From positions 1-59,795 of IMG/VR virus record IMGVR_UViG_3300047548_000345: a stretch of 59,795 nucleotides of DNA, one strand, 5' to 3'. The DNA comes from a virus. Lineage: Duplodnaviria; Caudoviricetes. Positions 8,396 through 16,458 of the stretch are shown piece by piece (position 1 is the first letter of the stretch; every line of letters begins with the position of its first letter). Made by a program: the position numbers and the translations under genes. The notes below the pieces were generated by a model. It did not search any database. It was given only the letters and a program-made list of their open reading frames with translations, and was not told the DNA's origin.

Positions 8396-8851
8396 TCAAA
8401 ACTTAATTTTGTTTTTCTTCTTGTATTCTATATAGCGTTCATATAAACCTAATTCTCGACCGAACGCATCTATTTCCCAAGGTTTGTCAAAATAGTGCGT
8501 CTTACGACCGACAACTTTACCTTGCCACTTATCTATGCCACCTTTATAGAGATATTTCAACTCACCTTTTGCATACTGCTTTACATGAACCATTTCATGT
8601 GCTAGTGTAATCAATAATTTGCGCTTTGGCAAGTCTTTTCTTACAGAGATTAGAAATTCTTTTGGTCTGTGATTATCATCTAAAAATTCGATGAAGCCAT
8701 GATATGATCCTGTGTTTCCACAGTTAATAGAAACTACCAAATTTTTTAATAGTCTCTTACTCATCAAAAGGCTGCCATAAAATTTTGCAGCACAATAAAT
8801 TTCTTTTTTTGTTATTTTTTCATTCTTACTACCTGTTACATTGACTTTCAT
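8396..8851 (-). CDS. HExxH metallopeptidase-like protein
   Basis: TLAHEMVHVKQY...PWEIDA. Confidence 0.75.
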   Translation of the reverse strand: MKVNVTGSKNEKITKKEIYCAAKFYGSLLMSKRLLKNLVVSINCGNTGSYHGFIEFLDDNHRPKEFLISVRKDLPKRKLLITLAHEMVHVKQYAKGELKYLYKGGIDKWQGKVVGRKTHYFDKPWEIDAFGRELGLYERYIEYKKKNKIKF

Positions 8852-8864
8852 AATGAACCTCAAG

Positions 8865-8970
8865 GGTGAAGAAAGAAGTGAGGCACTAACCGTGGTGCCT
8901 CGCGGGTCTATTTATGGCGACCAACCCATATTATCACTCCGACCAGGGTAAGTTTTACTTGATTCCAGCA
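8865..8970 (-). ncRNA. Unassigned structured RNA candidate
   Basis: GGGTT/GACCC and GAGGCAC/GTGCCTC stems in an intergenic gap. Confidence 0.4.
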
Positions 8971-8974
8971 AGAT

Positions 8975-9050
8975 TGGCTCCCCGACTAGGACTCGAACCT
9001 AGGACCGAACGATTAACAGTCGTTTGCTCTACCAACTGAGCTATCGGGAA
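8975..9050 (-). tRNA. tRNA-Asn(GTT)
   Basis: Canonical cloverleaf, CCA. Confidence 0.95.
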
Positions 9051-9057
9051 AAATTCA

Positions 9058-9582
9058 TCAGAAGCGGTAATTCAAGCCGATTGTGATTACATTCTGATGA
9101 TTATTTACGTTATAATCTGCAACGTAACGATAGCGAAGATCGGTTTCGATATTGCGAGTGATCGAGTAGCGAACACCAGCACCTACGTTCCAGATTGCTT
9201 CGTTGTTGGTTGACCAGCGATAGCCGGTGCCAACGAGAGCATAAGGAGTGAAGTTACCAATTGGATACTGACCAATTGCATTGGCTACGAGAGAGTTGGA
9301 ATGACGAGCATTGTCGCCGTTCCAGCCATACTCATAGACGCCTTCGACACGGGCATACTTGAAAGGCTGCCAGCCAGCAACAGCACCGATACGGGCATCA
9401 CCAGACCATGATGAAAAATCGGTTGCAACGCCGCCAACAAATGCACCAGCATAGAACTGAGGTTCTAATGCAACGCGATCTGGGATTGGCGGAAGCGGAG
9501 GTGTGCGCTTAGGAAGATCAGCAGCTTGAACAGCGGTCGCAGCAAAAAGGCCAAGAGCAGCCAACTTAATTGTCTTAATCAT
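9058..9582 (-). CDS. Omp25/RopB-like 8-stranded outer-membrane beta-barrel
   Basis: Signal peptide, AADLP, PYALVGTG, GAGVRY, C-terminal GLNYRF. Confidence 0.85.
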   Translation of the reverse strand: MIKTIKLAALGLFAATAVQAADLPKRTPPLPPIPDRVALEPQFYAGAFVGGVATDFSSWSGDARIGAVAGWQPFKYARVEGVYEYGWNGDNARHSNSLVANAIGQYPIGNFTPYALVGTGYRWSTNNEAIWNVGAGVRYSITRNIETDLRYRYVADYNVNNHQNVITIGLNYRF

Positions 9583-9983
9583 TCTTTATTCTCCTTTTGT
9601 TTCTTGAAGTCACTGTGATCATAGCAAGTGCGGCGATAACCGTTTTCGGTGGGAAAGCCACAGCCAGCATTATCAAAGCAACCAGGTTCGTCACACATAT
9701 TTAGAACGCTTTTTAGAACGTCCAACTTATGTTCTCTTACTATAGCCATTATATCATTTATTCGCTCAATGTCAAACTCATTCGATATTTCCATGCCACC
9801 TGCTTCGAATAGTGGCACATATGCATCAAGATCAAATCCTAGCCGATCATAGATTAGATAACGGTAAGAACCACCTTCTTTAGCATGTTCTACTATGTTC
9901 TTGAATACCCAAGCCGTGACGGCTAGTTTGGTATCATAATCACAATTCTCGACCAGATTGTCTGGTTGGTTTTCCGTCATCAT
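9579..9983 (-). CDS. Hypothetical phage protein
   Basis: GGSYRYLIYDRLGF; C-terminal Cys/His cluster. Confidence 0.6.
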   Translation of the reverse strand: MMTENQPDNLVENCDYDTKLAVTAWVFKNIVEHAKEGGSYRYLIYDRLGFDLDAYVPLFEAGGMEISNEFDIERINDIMAIVREHKLDVLKSVLNMCDEPGCFDNAGCGFPTENGYRRTCYDHSDFKKQKENKE

Positions 9984-10332
9984 ATAATCTTTCTGCTTCA
10001 ACTTTACATATTCCGCTAGAAAGGCATCCTAACTGCCTTGCTACTCCACGAGAAAGGTCGATATGTCGTCCTTTGATGAATGGTCCCCTATCATTAACTC
10101 TTACTATAACAGATTTGTCGCCATGTGTCAAGCGTAATTTTGTATGAAAAGGAAGTGTCTTGTGTGCTACTGTCATTCCGTCAGGATTAAATTTTTCGCC
10201 GTTCGCTGTTCTAGTTCCGTGCATATACCACGAAGCTACCATAACCTCTTTCTTACCTGCACCTGCATCCGCAATGGTATTGCAGGCCGCAAGCAATAGT
10301 GTTGCCGCGGCAACGGTGAAAATCTTAAACAT
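9940..10332 (-). CDS. RlpA-like lytic transglycosylase lipoprotein (DPBB)
   Basis: LLLAAC lipobox, ASWY, TANGE, AHKTLPF, VRVNDRGPF, IDLS. Confidence 0.9.
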   Translation of the reverse strand: MFKIFTVAAATLLLAACNTIADAGAGKKEVMVASWYMHGTRTANGEKFNPDGMTVAHKTLPFHTKLRLTHGDKSVIVRVNDRGPFIKGRHIDLSRGVARQLGCLSSGICKVEAERLYDDGKPTRQSGREL

Positions 10333-10458
10333 ATTAGTATCCTTTCTTTGTGGGCTTCGCGCAGCCCAGATGCAACTCCATAAAAGCATCGGTTGAAGAT
10401 ATCCAGCCTGAATGGCTGGATTGAGAAATAATGTTTATTATTTAGGTTGGGTGGAGGA

Positions 10459-10911
10459 CTACTTTTTGTAGAGGTCTTTTATTTGAAACTGATACAACAT
10501 CAGGTCGCCAGTCTCGTCATCGGGTGATTGTTCTTTTGACTTTCTTTTTCCTGCAATTGCTTTACCTTCTGATACAGCTTTCTTTGCATCTTGTGTTGCT
10601 TTGGAATCTTTCTGTGTCCAAGGTATCATGACTGTGTAAGGTGTATCTTTATCTTTTTCAATGATCCAGAGAAAGATTACCTTTTGCGGAATCTCTACAC
10701 TGTGTAAGAAAAAGTAATCCGCAGGTAGAGTGTTCTTAGGTTGCGCTTTGATAGCATCAACCATATAGATCAGTTTAAATAGTATAAACAAAACCACAGG
10801 AATGGCAACAAACAAATACTTTCTGTATTTTGGTGTTCTTGCCACTATAATAAGTGCGATTAAAGTAGGCACAGTTATGAGTATGAGTAACAGATAGTAA
10901 AGAGTAATCAT
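10459..10911 (-). CDS. Two-TM membrane protein
   Basis: Hydrophobic N-terminal helices; coupled to upstream gene. Confidence 0.6.
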   Translation of the reverse strand: MITLYYLLLILITVPTLIALIIVARTPKYRKYLFVAIPVVLFILFKLIYMVDAIKAQPKNTLPADYFFLHSVEIPQKVIFLWIIEKDKDTPYTVMIPWTQKDSKATQDAKKAVSEGKAIAGKRKSKEQSPDDETGDLMLYQFQIKDLYKK

Positions 10912-11495
10912 CTTACACCCATCAAGAACGGATATTGAGTTTTTGAATCAAAGAAATTAATCTCACCTTCGGCTTTCATGAAAAAGCGAACAAGAGTGAT
11001 CTCTTGCCCTTGGCTTGAAAAGATAACCTGACCACGATCTACAATCTTATTATTGTCATAGACGGCAATGATTGCCCATTGAACAATAGGAATAGGACCT
11101 TCATCACGCTTACGATACCAGTGTGCGGCTACAGTATACCAGCCTTCTTGAAATGCTCTAATTGCAATTATTTCTTCATTGATCGGTGTGAAATGCAACA
11201 TTTGTGCTGTGTCATCAGGACCTAGATCGTCGCGTTCTAGTGCAATGTTACTAGACTGACGCATAGGGAAACCAATTGCTCTCTCACCATATTGAATCCA
11301 TAAATCAACATCATGATTTGATCCATCTTGCCACTTCATGACAATTAGATACTTCGCTTCTTTCTTTGTATTGGATTCTTGTCTAGGTGGGTTAAGCATG
11401 ATAATGCTGAGAATGAACAGCGCGATCAAAGCAATGATCAAGTTAAATGCAAAATCTATGAATGATAATGTTGTGCCAAATCTAGTTCGGTTCAT
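10908..11495 (-). CDS. ExbD/MotB-like single-pass membrane protein
   Basis: FIDFAFN TM with Asp; DVDLW, LERDDLG. Confidence 0.55.
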   Translation of the reverse strand: MNRTRFGTTLSFIDFAFNLIIALIALFILSIIMLNPPRQESNTKKEAKYLIVMKWQDGSNHDVDLWIQYGERAIGFPMRQSSNIALERDDLGPDDTAQMLHFTPINEEIIAIRAFQEGWYTVAAHWYRKRDEGPIPIVQWAIIAVYDNNKIVDRGQVIFSSQGQEITLVRFFMKAEGEINFFDSKTQYPFLMGVR

Positions 11496-11925
11496 TTGTC
11501 TTTTCTAGATTGACGAGCAAGGCTTTGATGATCAGACCTGATGAGAGACCAACGAGAGTTGTCCAAATTGCAGTGCCGACACCTAAAGCAATTGAAGTGA
11601 TGATCGTCTTGATATTTTCCGCACTAATAACGCCTGAGAAAGCACCACTAAACATAATGATGAAACCGACGAGAGTGCCGACCATACCTAGGCCTAGCTG
11701 TGTTTCAGAAACGAACCATAATGGATCAATATTTGATAGGTCTTTTTTATAGGTGTAATAACCTATGATCAATATTGTAACAGCGTGAACCAATAGAATG
11801 AAAAGAGAGATGTATGTTGGATCCGCCGCGATGATCATATCAAATACACCGAAGTGATAACCAACAACAGCACCAAAAACTTGTAGGCAGAAGAACAACC
11901 ACCAGATTAACATAGCTTGTGTCAT
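11482..11925 (-). CDS. MotA/TolQ/ExbB proton-channel family protein
   Basis: LGMVGTLVGFI, GVGTAIWTTLVGL. Confidence 0.8.
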   Translation of the reverse strand: MTQAMLIWWLFFCLQVFGAVVGYHFGVFDMIIAADPTYISLFILLVHAVTILIIGYYTYKKDLSNIDPLWFVSETQLGLGMVGTLVGFIIMFSGAFSGVISAENIKTIITSIALGVGTAIWTTLVGLSSGLIIKALLVNLEKTNEPN

Positions 11926-12263
11926 GCTCTGACTCCTACCAACTTACGCATGATTTCTTCAAATGCTTTATCGTTCATTTGAAGGTTTTCTTGCATTGTG
12001 GCTAGGCAGGCTACACTTTGCTCTGGTGCTTTAGCGGTTGAATCAAATACAATAACAGCCATCGCCTTCTTCTCGCCTTGAATGAGAACAAGTGTGGCTG
12101 TCTTACCATTGTTTGTCTTGAATACTGGAACGAAACCTACGCCTGTGATCATCTCCATCATCTGAGGTAATGGGAGACACAAAGTATCATTTTTAGCCGG
12201 AGTTTCTTGTGAGAAAGCCAGGGTTGGTAATAAACAGGCGGATGCGATTAACAAATTACGCAT
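11922..12263 (-). CDS. Secreted hypothetical protein
   Basis: N-terminal signal peptide. Confidence 0.55.
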   Translation of the reverse strand: MRNLLIASACLLPTLAFSQETPAKNDTLCLPLPQMMEMITGVGFVPVFKTNNGKTATLVLIQGEKKAMAVIVFDSTAKAPEQSVACLATMQENLQMNDKAFEEIMRKLVGVRA

Positions 12264-12315
12264 GGCTATGCCTTTCTTGAATACCTATTATTTAGGCTAC
12301 AAGTGGCTTTAACGA

Positions 12316-12537
12316 TTAGGTATCTGTCTCTCTACGAAATTCTACCGACTCGCTGGTCAAGATCATTTCTTGCTGGCCGTGATAGCCATCCGATAGAACA
12401 TCTGTCTCCAATAAGACATTATAGAGACCATCTTCACCATAATCAACCTTGCTTATGATCTTTATAATTACAACATAAGGTGGTTCTGAGACTTTTTCTA
12501 TTAGTTTTTCGTGCATAAGCACATGGCATGTGCCCAT
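12316..12537 (-). CDS. Hypothetical protein
   Basis: ORF track, AGGAG upstream. Confidence 0.5.
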   Translation of the reverse strand: MGTCHVLMHEKLIEKVSEPPYVVIIKIISKVDYGEDGLYNVLLETDVLSDGYHGQQEMILTSESVEFRRETDT

Positions 12538-12551
12538 TATGCTCTCCTAAT

Positions 12552-12627
12552 TGGTACCGTCTGTCGGATTCGAACCAACTCTACAAGTGCCACAAACTTG
12601 TGTGCTGACCTACAACACTAAGACGGC
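12552..12627 (-). tRNA. tRNA-His(GTG), alphaproteobacterial type
   Basis: Loop TTGTGGC; G1-U72, A73, T at -1. Confidence 0.9.
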
Positions 12628-12631
12628 AAAC

Positions 12632-12706
12632 TGGCGAAGGTCCTAGGAATCGAACCTAGTTCTCAAGGTTTTGGAGACCTGCGGATTACCATCTTCCCCG
12701 ACCGAC
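12632..12706 (-). tRNA. tRNA-Trp(CCA)
   Basis: Loop CTCCAAA, G73; two acceptor-stem mismatches. Confidence 0.8.
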
Positions 12707-12726
12707 ACAAGACTATTTATATCGTT

Positions 12727-12800
12727 TGGCTGGGGCACATGGATTCGAACCACGATTGACGGAATCAAAATCCGCTGTCCTACCTTTAGACGATGCCCCA
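12727..12800 (-). tRNA. tRNA-Gln(TTG)
   Basis: U1-A72, loop TTTTGAT, CCA. Confidence 0.95.
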
Positions 12801-12816
12801 ATGTGGGTTGGGTAAT

Positions 12817-12896
<80 letters not shown>

Positions 12897-12897
12897 T

Positions 12898-12973
12898 TGG
12901 TTGCAGAGGCAGGATTTGCACCTGCGATTCCTTGGTTATGAGCCAAGTGAGATAACTACTTCTCTACTCTGCA
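12898..12973 (-). tRNA. tRNA-Met(CAT), initiator-like
   Basis: Loop CTCATAA, A11-U24, atypical T-loop TGCAAAT. Confidence 0.8.
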
Positions 12974-12979
12974 ATAATT

Positions 12980-13336
12980 ATAACAGAAGAACACTAGGGG
13001 GTTTCCCATCCTGCATTGGTGGTACCCGCCACCTTTGCCTGTTGTCACGATCTCGGTGGATCGGTATGATAGCCTAGTGTTCGTCAATTACAATGAAGGT
13101 TACAACCCAGTCACTTACCTACATCGGCATACGTTACAGGTCTACCTACAATCCCTCTAACTCAAATTGGCTCGGGCTATCCGCGGCGAATCCGCCTAAG
13201 GATTTAATTCTTCTCATAACCCCCGAGCAGCCATGAGTATATCTGGTCTAAAGCGTCAGCCGAAGCGACAGTCACAAGCACAGGACCTGAACCGTGCAAG
13301 TCAAGGCAGTTTCTCACATGAACTCTGCCAAAACTC
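12980..13336 (-). ncRNA. Large structured non-coding region (one or two RNAs)
   Basis: No credible ORF; 10-bp GAACACTAGG/CCTAGTGTTC closing stem, C(UUCG)G hairpin, pseudoknot pairing. Confidence 0.55.
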
Positions 13337-13531
13337 TTAGATGTTGAAGAAACGTCTATAATTTTTCTTATCGTATTCTATGTAGCCTTCAGGTGCTTCA
13401 TAACGCTCATGATTAATATCGACCAAGAAAGGTGTCATATTTCCATCTGCGTGTTTGAGGTGACAAATTACCAAGTCATGCTTTTCTACTTTATCAAAGA
13501 TTTGCTCATTTGTCAAGTCGAGCTTCTTCAT
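13337..13531 (-). CDS. Hypothetical protein
   Basis: ORF track. Confidence 0.5.
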   Translation of the reverse strand: MKKLDLTNEQIFDKVEKHDLVICHLKHADGNMTPFLVDINHERYEAPEGYIEYDKKNYRRFFNI

Positions 13532-13549
13532 GCGTATTACCACCGTGAA

Positions 13550-13756
13550 TTATCCTTTCAGAAAAAACTTTTCAGTCCTTTCTTCTAAGAGTGTTCTCTG
13601 ATTGTCAGCCTTGAAAAGCGACACAGTATTTAGCACAGCAACAGTCTTACGATTATTATATGCATCCACGGCTGCATCATAATTCTCAAAGGTTTCACGA
13701 TAAACGGACATCTTGCTATCGTTGTCCAATTCTTCAACGATCCATTGCTGTTTCAT
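13550..13756 (-). CDS. Hypothetical protein
   Basis: ORF track, GAGGTG RBS, own promoter. Confidence 0.6.
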   Translation of the reverse strand: MKQQWIVEELDNDSKMSVYRETFENYDAAVDAYNNRKTVAVLNTVSLFKADNQRTLLEERTEKFFLKG

Positions 13757-13784
13757 TTTCTCACCTCAGTTTCGATTGTCCTGT

Positions 13785-13813
13785 ATAATAGCACAATCAC
13801 TTAGGAATGTCAA
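13785..13813 (-). promoter_or_regulatory. sigma70-type promoter
   Basis: TTGACA-17-TATTAT. Confidence 0.7.
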
Positions 13814-13814
13814 G

Positions 13815-13889
13815 TGGTGGGCGAGGTAGGACTCGAACCTACACTCAGACCGTTATGAGCGGCCGGCTTCACCTTTAAGCTACTCGCCC
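13815..13889 (-). tRNA. tRNA-Ile2(CAT) (lysidine type) or Met
   Basis: GGGC/GCCC-A-CCA acceptor typical of Ile2; loop CTCATAA. Confidence 0.85.
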
Positions 13890-13897
13890 GATATTCT

Positions 13898-14827
13898 TTA
13901 GTTGATTACTTTCCAGCCTTCGATATTCTTAGCCTTTTCTTCACTCGAAAGAGGAACATAATCTAACTCATCTGCCATTGTGTCACCTTTTTCATAAGCC
14001 CACTTGAAAAAGTCAAGAGCCAACTTAGCCTGTTCTTTGTTAGTAGGATTCTTATGCATCAGAATGTATGTCGGTGCAGCAATAGGCCAGTCTTTCTGAA
14101 AACTTTCTTTGCCTGCTACAATCACCTTGTCAACAACTTTCAATGAAGTATAAGCGATTTGGTTCTGTTTGGCAAATGCATACTCAACATAGCCGATAGA
14201 AAACTTTGTTTGCTTGACATTTCCTGCTACGCCTTCGTTACCTTTTGCACCGATGCCAACTGGCCATTCAATAGCCGCAGCAGCACCAATCTTAGTATTC
14301 CATTCTTGACTTACAGAGGACAAATACTTGGTAAACAAGTAGGTGGTTCCGCTGCCGTCACTTCGTCTTACTACAAGAATAGTTTGATTAGGCAGATTTA
14401 CATTAGGGTTCAAATCTGTGATACGCTTATCATTCCACTTTGTAATCTTACCAAGGTAAATGTCTGCAACAACATCACCAGTCAAAACTAATTGATTAGA
14501 CTTGATACCATCAAGATTGAAAACAACCACGTTGCCACCGATCACCATTGGAAACTGGTGTAAGCCATCTTTATCCAACTGAGTCTGTGTTAAAGGCATA
14601 TCTGTTGCGCCGAATGTAACGGTCTTAGCCTGAATTTGCTTAATGCCTGCACCACTTCCTACAGATTGATAATTGACTGTGATGCCAGTTTCTTTACGAT
14701 AGGCATCTGCCCACTTTGCATAAACTGGATATGGAAATGTCGCGCCTGCTCCTGTTACAGTTTTATCCTGTGCGTGTGCTAGTGTAGTCGATAATGCTAA
14801 TACTAAACCAATAATTGTCTTTTTCAT
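13898..14827 (-). CDS. pstS: Phosphate-binding protein PstS
   Basis: GAGATFPYP, YQSVGSGAG, FGATD, RRSDGSGTT, GAKGNEGV, IGYVE. Confidence 0.95.
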   Translation of the reverse strand: MKKTIIGLVLALSTTLAHAQDKTVTGAGATFPYPVYAKWADAYRKETGITVNYQSVGSGAGIKQIQAKTVTFGATDMPLTQTQLDKDGLHQFPMVIGGNVVVFNLDGIKSNQLVLTGDVVADIYLGKITKWNDKRITDLNPNVNLPNQTILVVRRSDGSGTTYLFTKYLSSVSQEWNTKIGAAAAIEWPVGIGAKGNEGVAGNVKQTKFSIGYVEYAFAKQNQIAYTSLKVVDKVIVAGKESFQKDWPIAAPTYILMHKNPTNKEQAKLALDFFKWAYEKGDTMADELDYVPLSSEEKAKNIEGWKVIN

Positions 14828-14843
14828 TTTTCACCTTGTGATT

Positions 14844-14920
14844 TGGTGCCCGTGGTCAGACTCGAACTGACACTGTAGAGATTTTAAGTCTCCCTTCTCT
14901 GCCGATTGGAATACACGGGC
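14844..14920 (-). tRNA. tRNA-Leu(TAA), short variable loop
   Basis: Loop CTTAAAA, A73, CCA. Confidence 0.85.
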
Positions 14921-15555
14921 GAAATTCTTCCTTTAGTATAACCTAATTGTAGCCATTTGTCAAGATCAGACTTCATGACCTTTTTATTCTCTTTACCGTC
15001 ATTCATCCAGCAAGTGCCATATTGACTATTTTTTTCACCGGACTGTTTACCTAGCGATGAGGCTTTCATCTTTTCTATGGTTTCTACGGTATGTTTTTTA
15101 CCTTTCCATATACCCAAAGGATATTTTTGTCTTAGAGTTTCGTGACCTTTTTCAGAAAGTTTTCTCATAAAGGTCTTTTCATCATCTTCCTGACATTTCT
15201 TTTTTCTATATTCAGAAAGTTTCTTTATTCTTTTCTTATGAGATTCTGGTGTGCGATCTTTATTATTCATACCGTTGCGGTTAATGAAGCTGAAACCTCC
15301 ACTACCACCTTCATTAAGATTATACGTTTCTTCTGAAATTATAACAAGTTCTTTTTCTTTCATATTCATTTCAGTTTCAGTTTCGAAAACATGGAGTATT
15401 TCTTTTGTGAAGTTTTCGACACCGTATTTTGCAAAGGCTCTTTTTAAGAGTTTACCAGAACCCATGTAATCATCATTCAAATCTTTTGTTTGATGTTTAC
15501 CAATATAATACTTACCGTTTATGTTATTTGTAATTTTATAAACCGTAAAAAACAT
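14884..15555 (-). mobile_element. GIY-YIG homing endonuclease (Seg-like, NUMOD3)
   Basis: VYKITNNINGKYYIGKH, YMGSG, YNLNEGG, GKKHTVETIEKM. Confidence 0.9.
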
Positions 15556-15567
15556 AAAAGTGATCTT

Positions 15568-16293
15568 CTAGATTGTGTAGTTTTTACATTCTTCTAATGT
15601 AGGTATTATAACAATGTTATTGTATTGAGTCAATAGACAATCAATCTTTTCTTTTTGTGCTTTTATAGCAGCTGGATTTTTTGGATCCAGATAGAGGTTG
15701 TATTCTGGCAAGAAAAAATCTGGGAAATAATTATGATATAAGCCTTTTTTATCTATCCATTGTATCGGGTCAGGTCTTGTCCATGTTATTTGAAGGTCGT
15801 CCAATCTTTTTGCAAGTTCAAGTTCCCAGGTCGAATCTAACATTATACCATTATATACTATAATGTTTCTCTGTAATCTCCTATGCTTAGACAAGCGGGC
15901 TTTTTCACTCATTACTTGTTTAGTCTTTTCAGAATGTTTTTTACCTAAGAAACTATCATATTTGATATGTTTATATTTGCCTTCGTTGTGCGCTTTCTTT
16001 ATTTTTTCACTTGCTTTTTTTCTTGCTTCCGGCGTGTTCATAGCATCAATACTAATATGTCTAGCATTATTGACATATTCATCTCTCTTAGGATTCAATG
16101 AACACCATCTTGAATGGTTAGCCATCCATCCTGATGGTTTATCGGACAAATCAAAAATTTCTTGACAATACTTACATTTACCTTTTATATGATTAGAATC
16201 GTATGAACCATCGCAAGATATGAAATGTCTATTATAATTTCCGCCGCGATTAGAAAAATAACCGTTACATTTTATACACAGCGTTTTTTTCAT
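15568..16293 (-). mobile_element. Putative homing endonuclease (Zn finger + NUMOD3 + PD-(D/E)xK domain)
   Basis: GKKHSEKTKQ; DSTWE...YFPDFFLPEYNLYLDPKN. Confidence 0.75.
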
Positions 16294-16311
16294 CTTATAT
16301 TCCTTAGTAGT

Positions 16312-16394
16312 TGGCGCGAACGGAGGGAGTCGAACCCCCATTTTCAGCTCCAGTTACGATTAGGGAGGTAGAAGCTCCCCTCGGCTACGTTCGC
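16312..16394 (-). ncRNA. tRNA-Arg(TCT)-like RNA lacking a D-arm
   Basis: Perfect 7-bp acceptor, G73-CCA, T-arm TTCGACT, anticodon hairpin GGGAG-CTTCTAC-CTCCC only ~8 nt after the acceptor. Confidence 0.75.
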
Positions 16395-16420
16395 ATATCA
16401 CTACTTATATAAAATGAACC

Positions 16421-16450
16421 TATCTTTCTGTCCAGTTGAGCTACGCAGCC
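16421..16450 (-). pseudogene. 5' fragment of a tRNA (Arg-like D-loop)
   Basis: GGCTGCG-TA-GCTCAACTGGACAGA with no matching 3' half. Confidence 0.5.
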
Positions 16451-16458
16451 AAACTTTG

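Noticed and set aside
8890-8940. Fluoride or SAM-type riboswitch
   Set aside because: Only TCGCCATAAA resembles crcB; the GGNGATG and TAATGA elements are missing
12980-13336. tmRNA, SRP RNA or RNase P RNA
   Set aside because: No Ala acceptor/T-arm or ANDN tag; TCAGGTCC is not followed by the SRP GGAAGGAAGCAG; no GAGGAAAGTCC
16365-16376. Amber-suppressor (CTA) reading of loop CTTCTAC
   Set aside because: The centred triplet of the 7-nt loop is TCT; TAG is used as a normal stop and core genes are uninterrupted, so there is no sign of recoding
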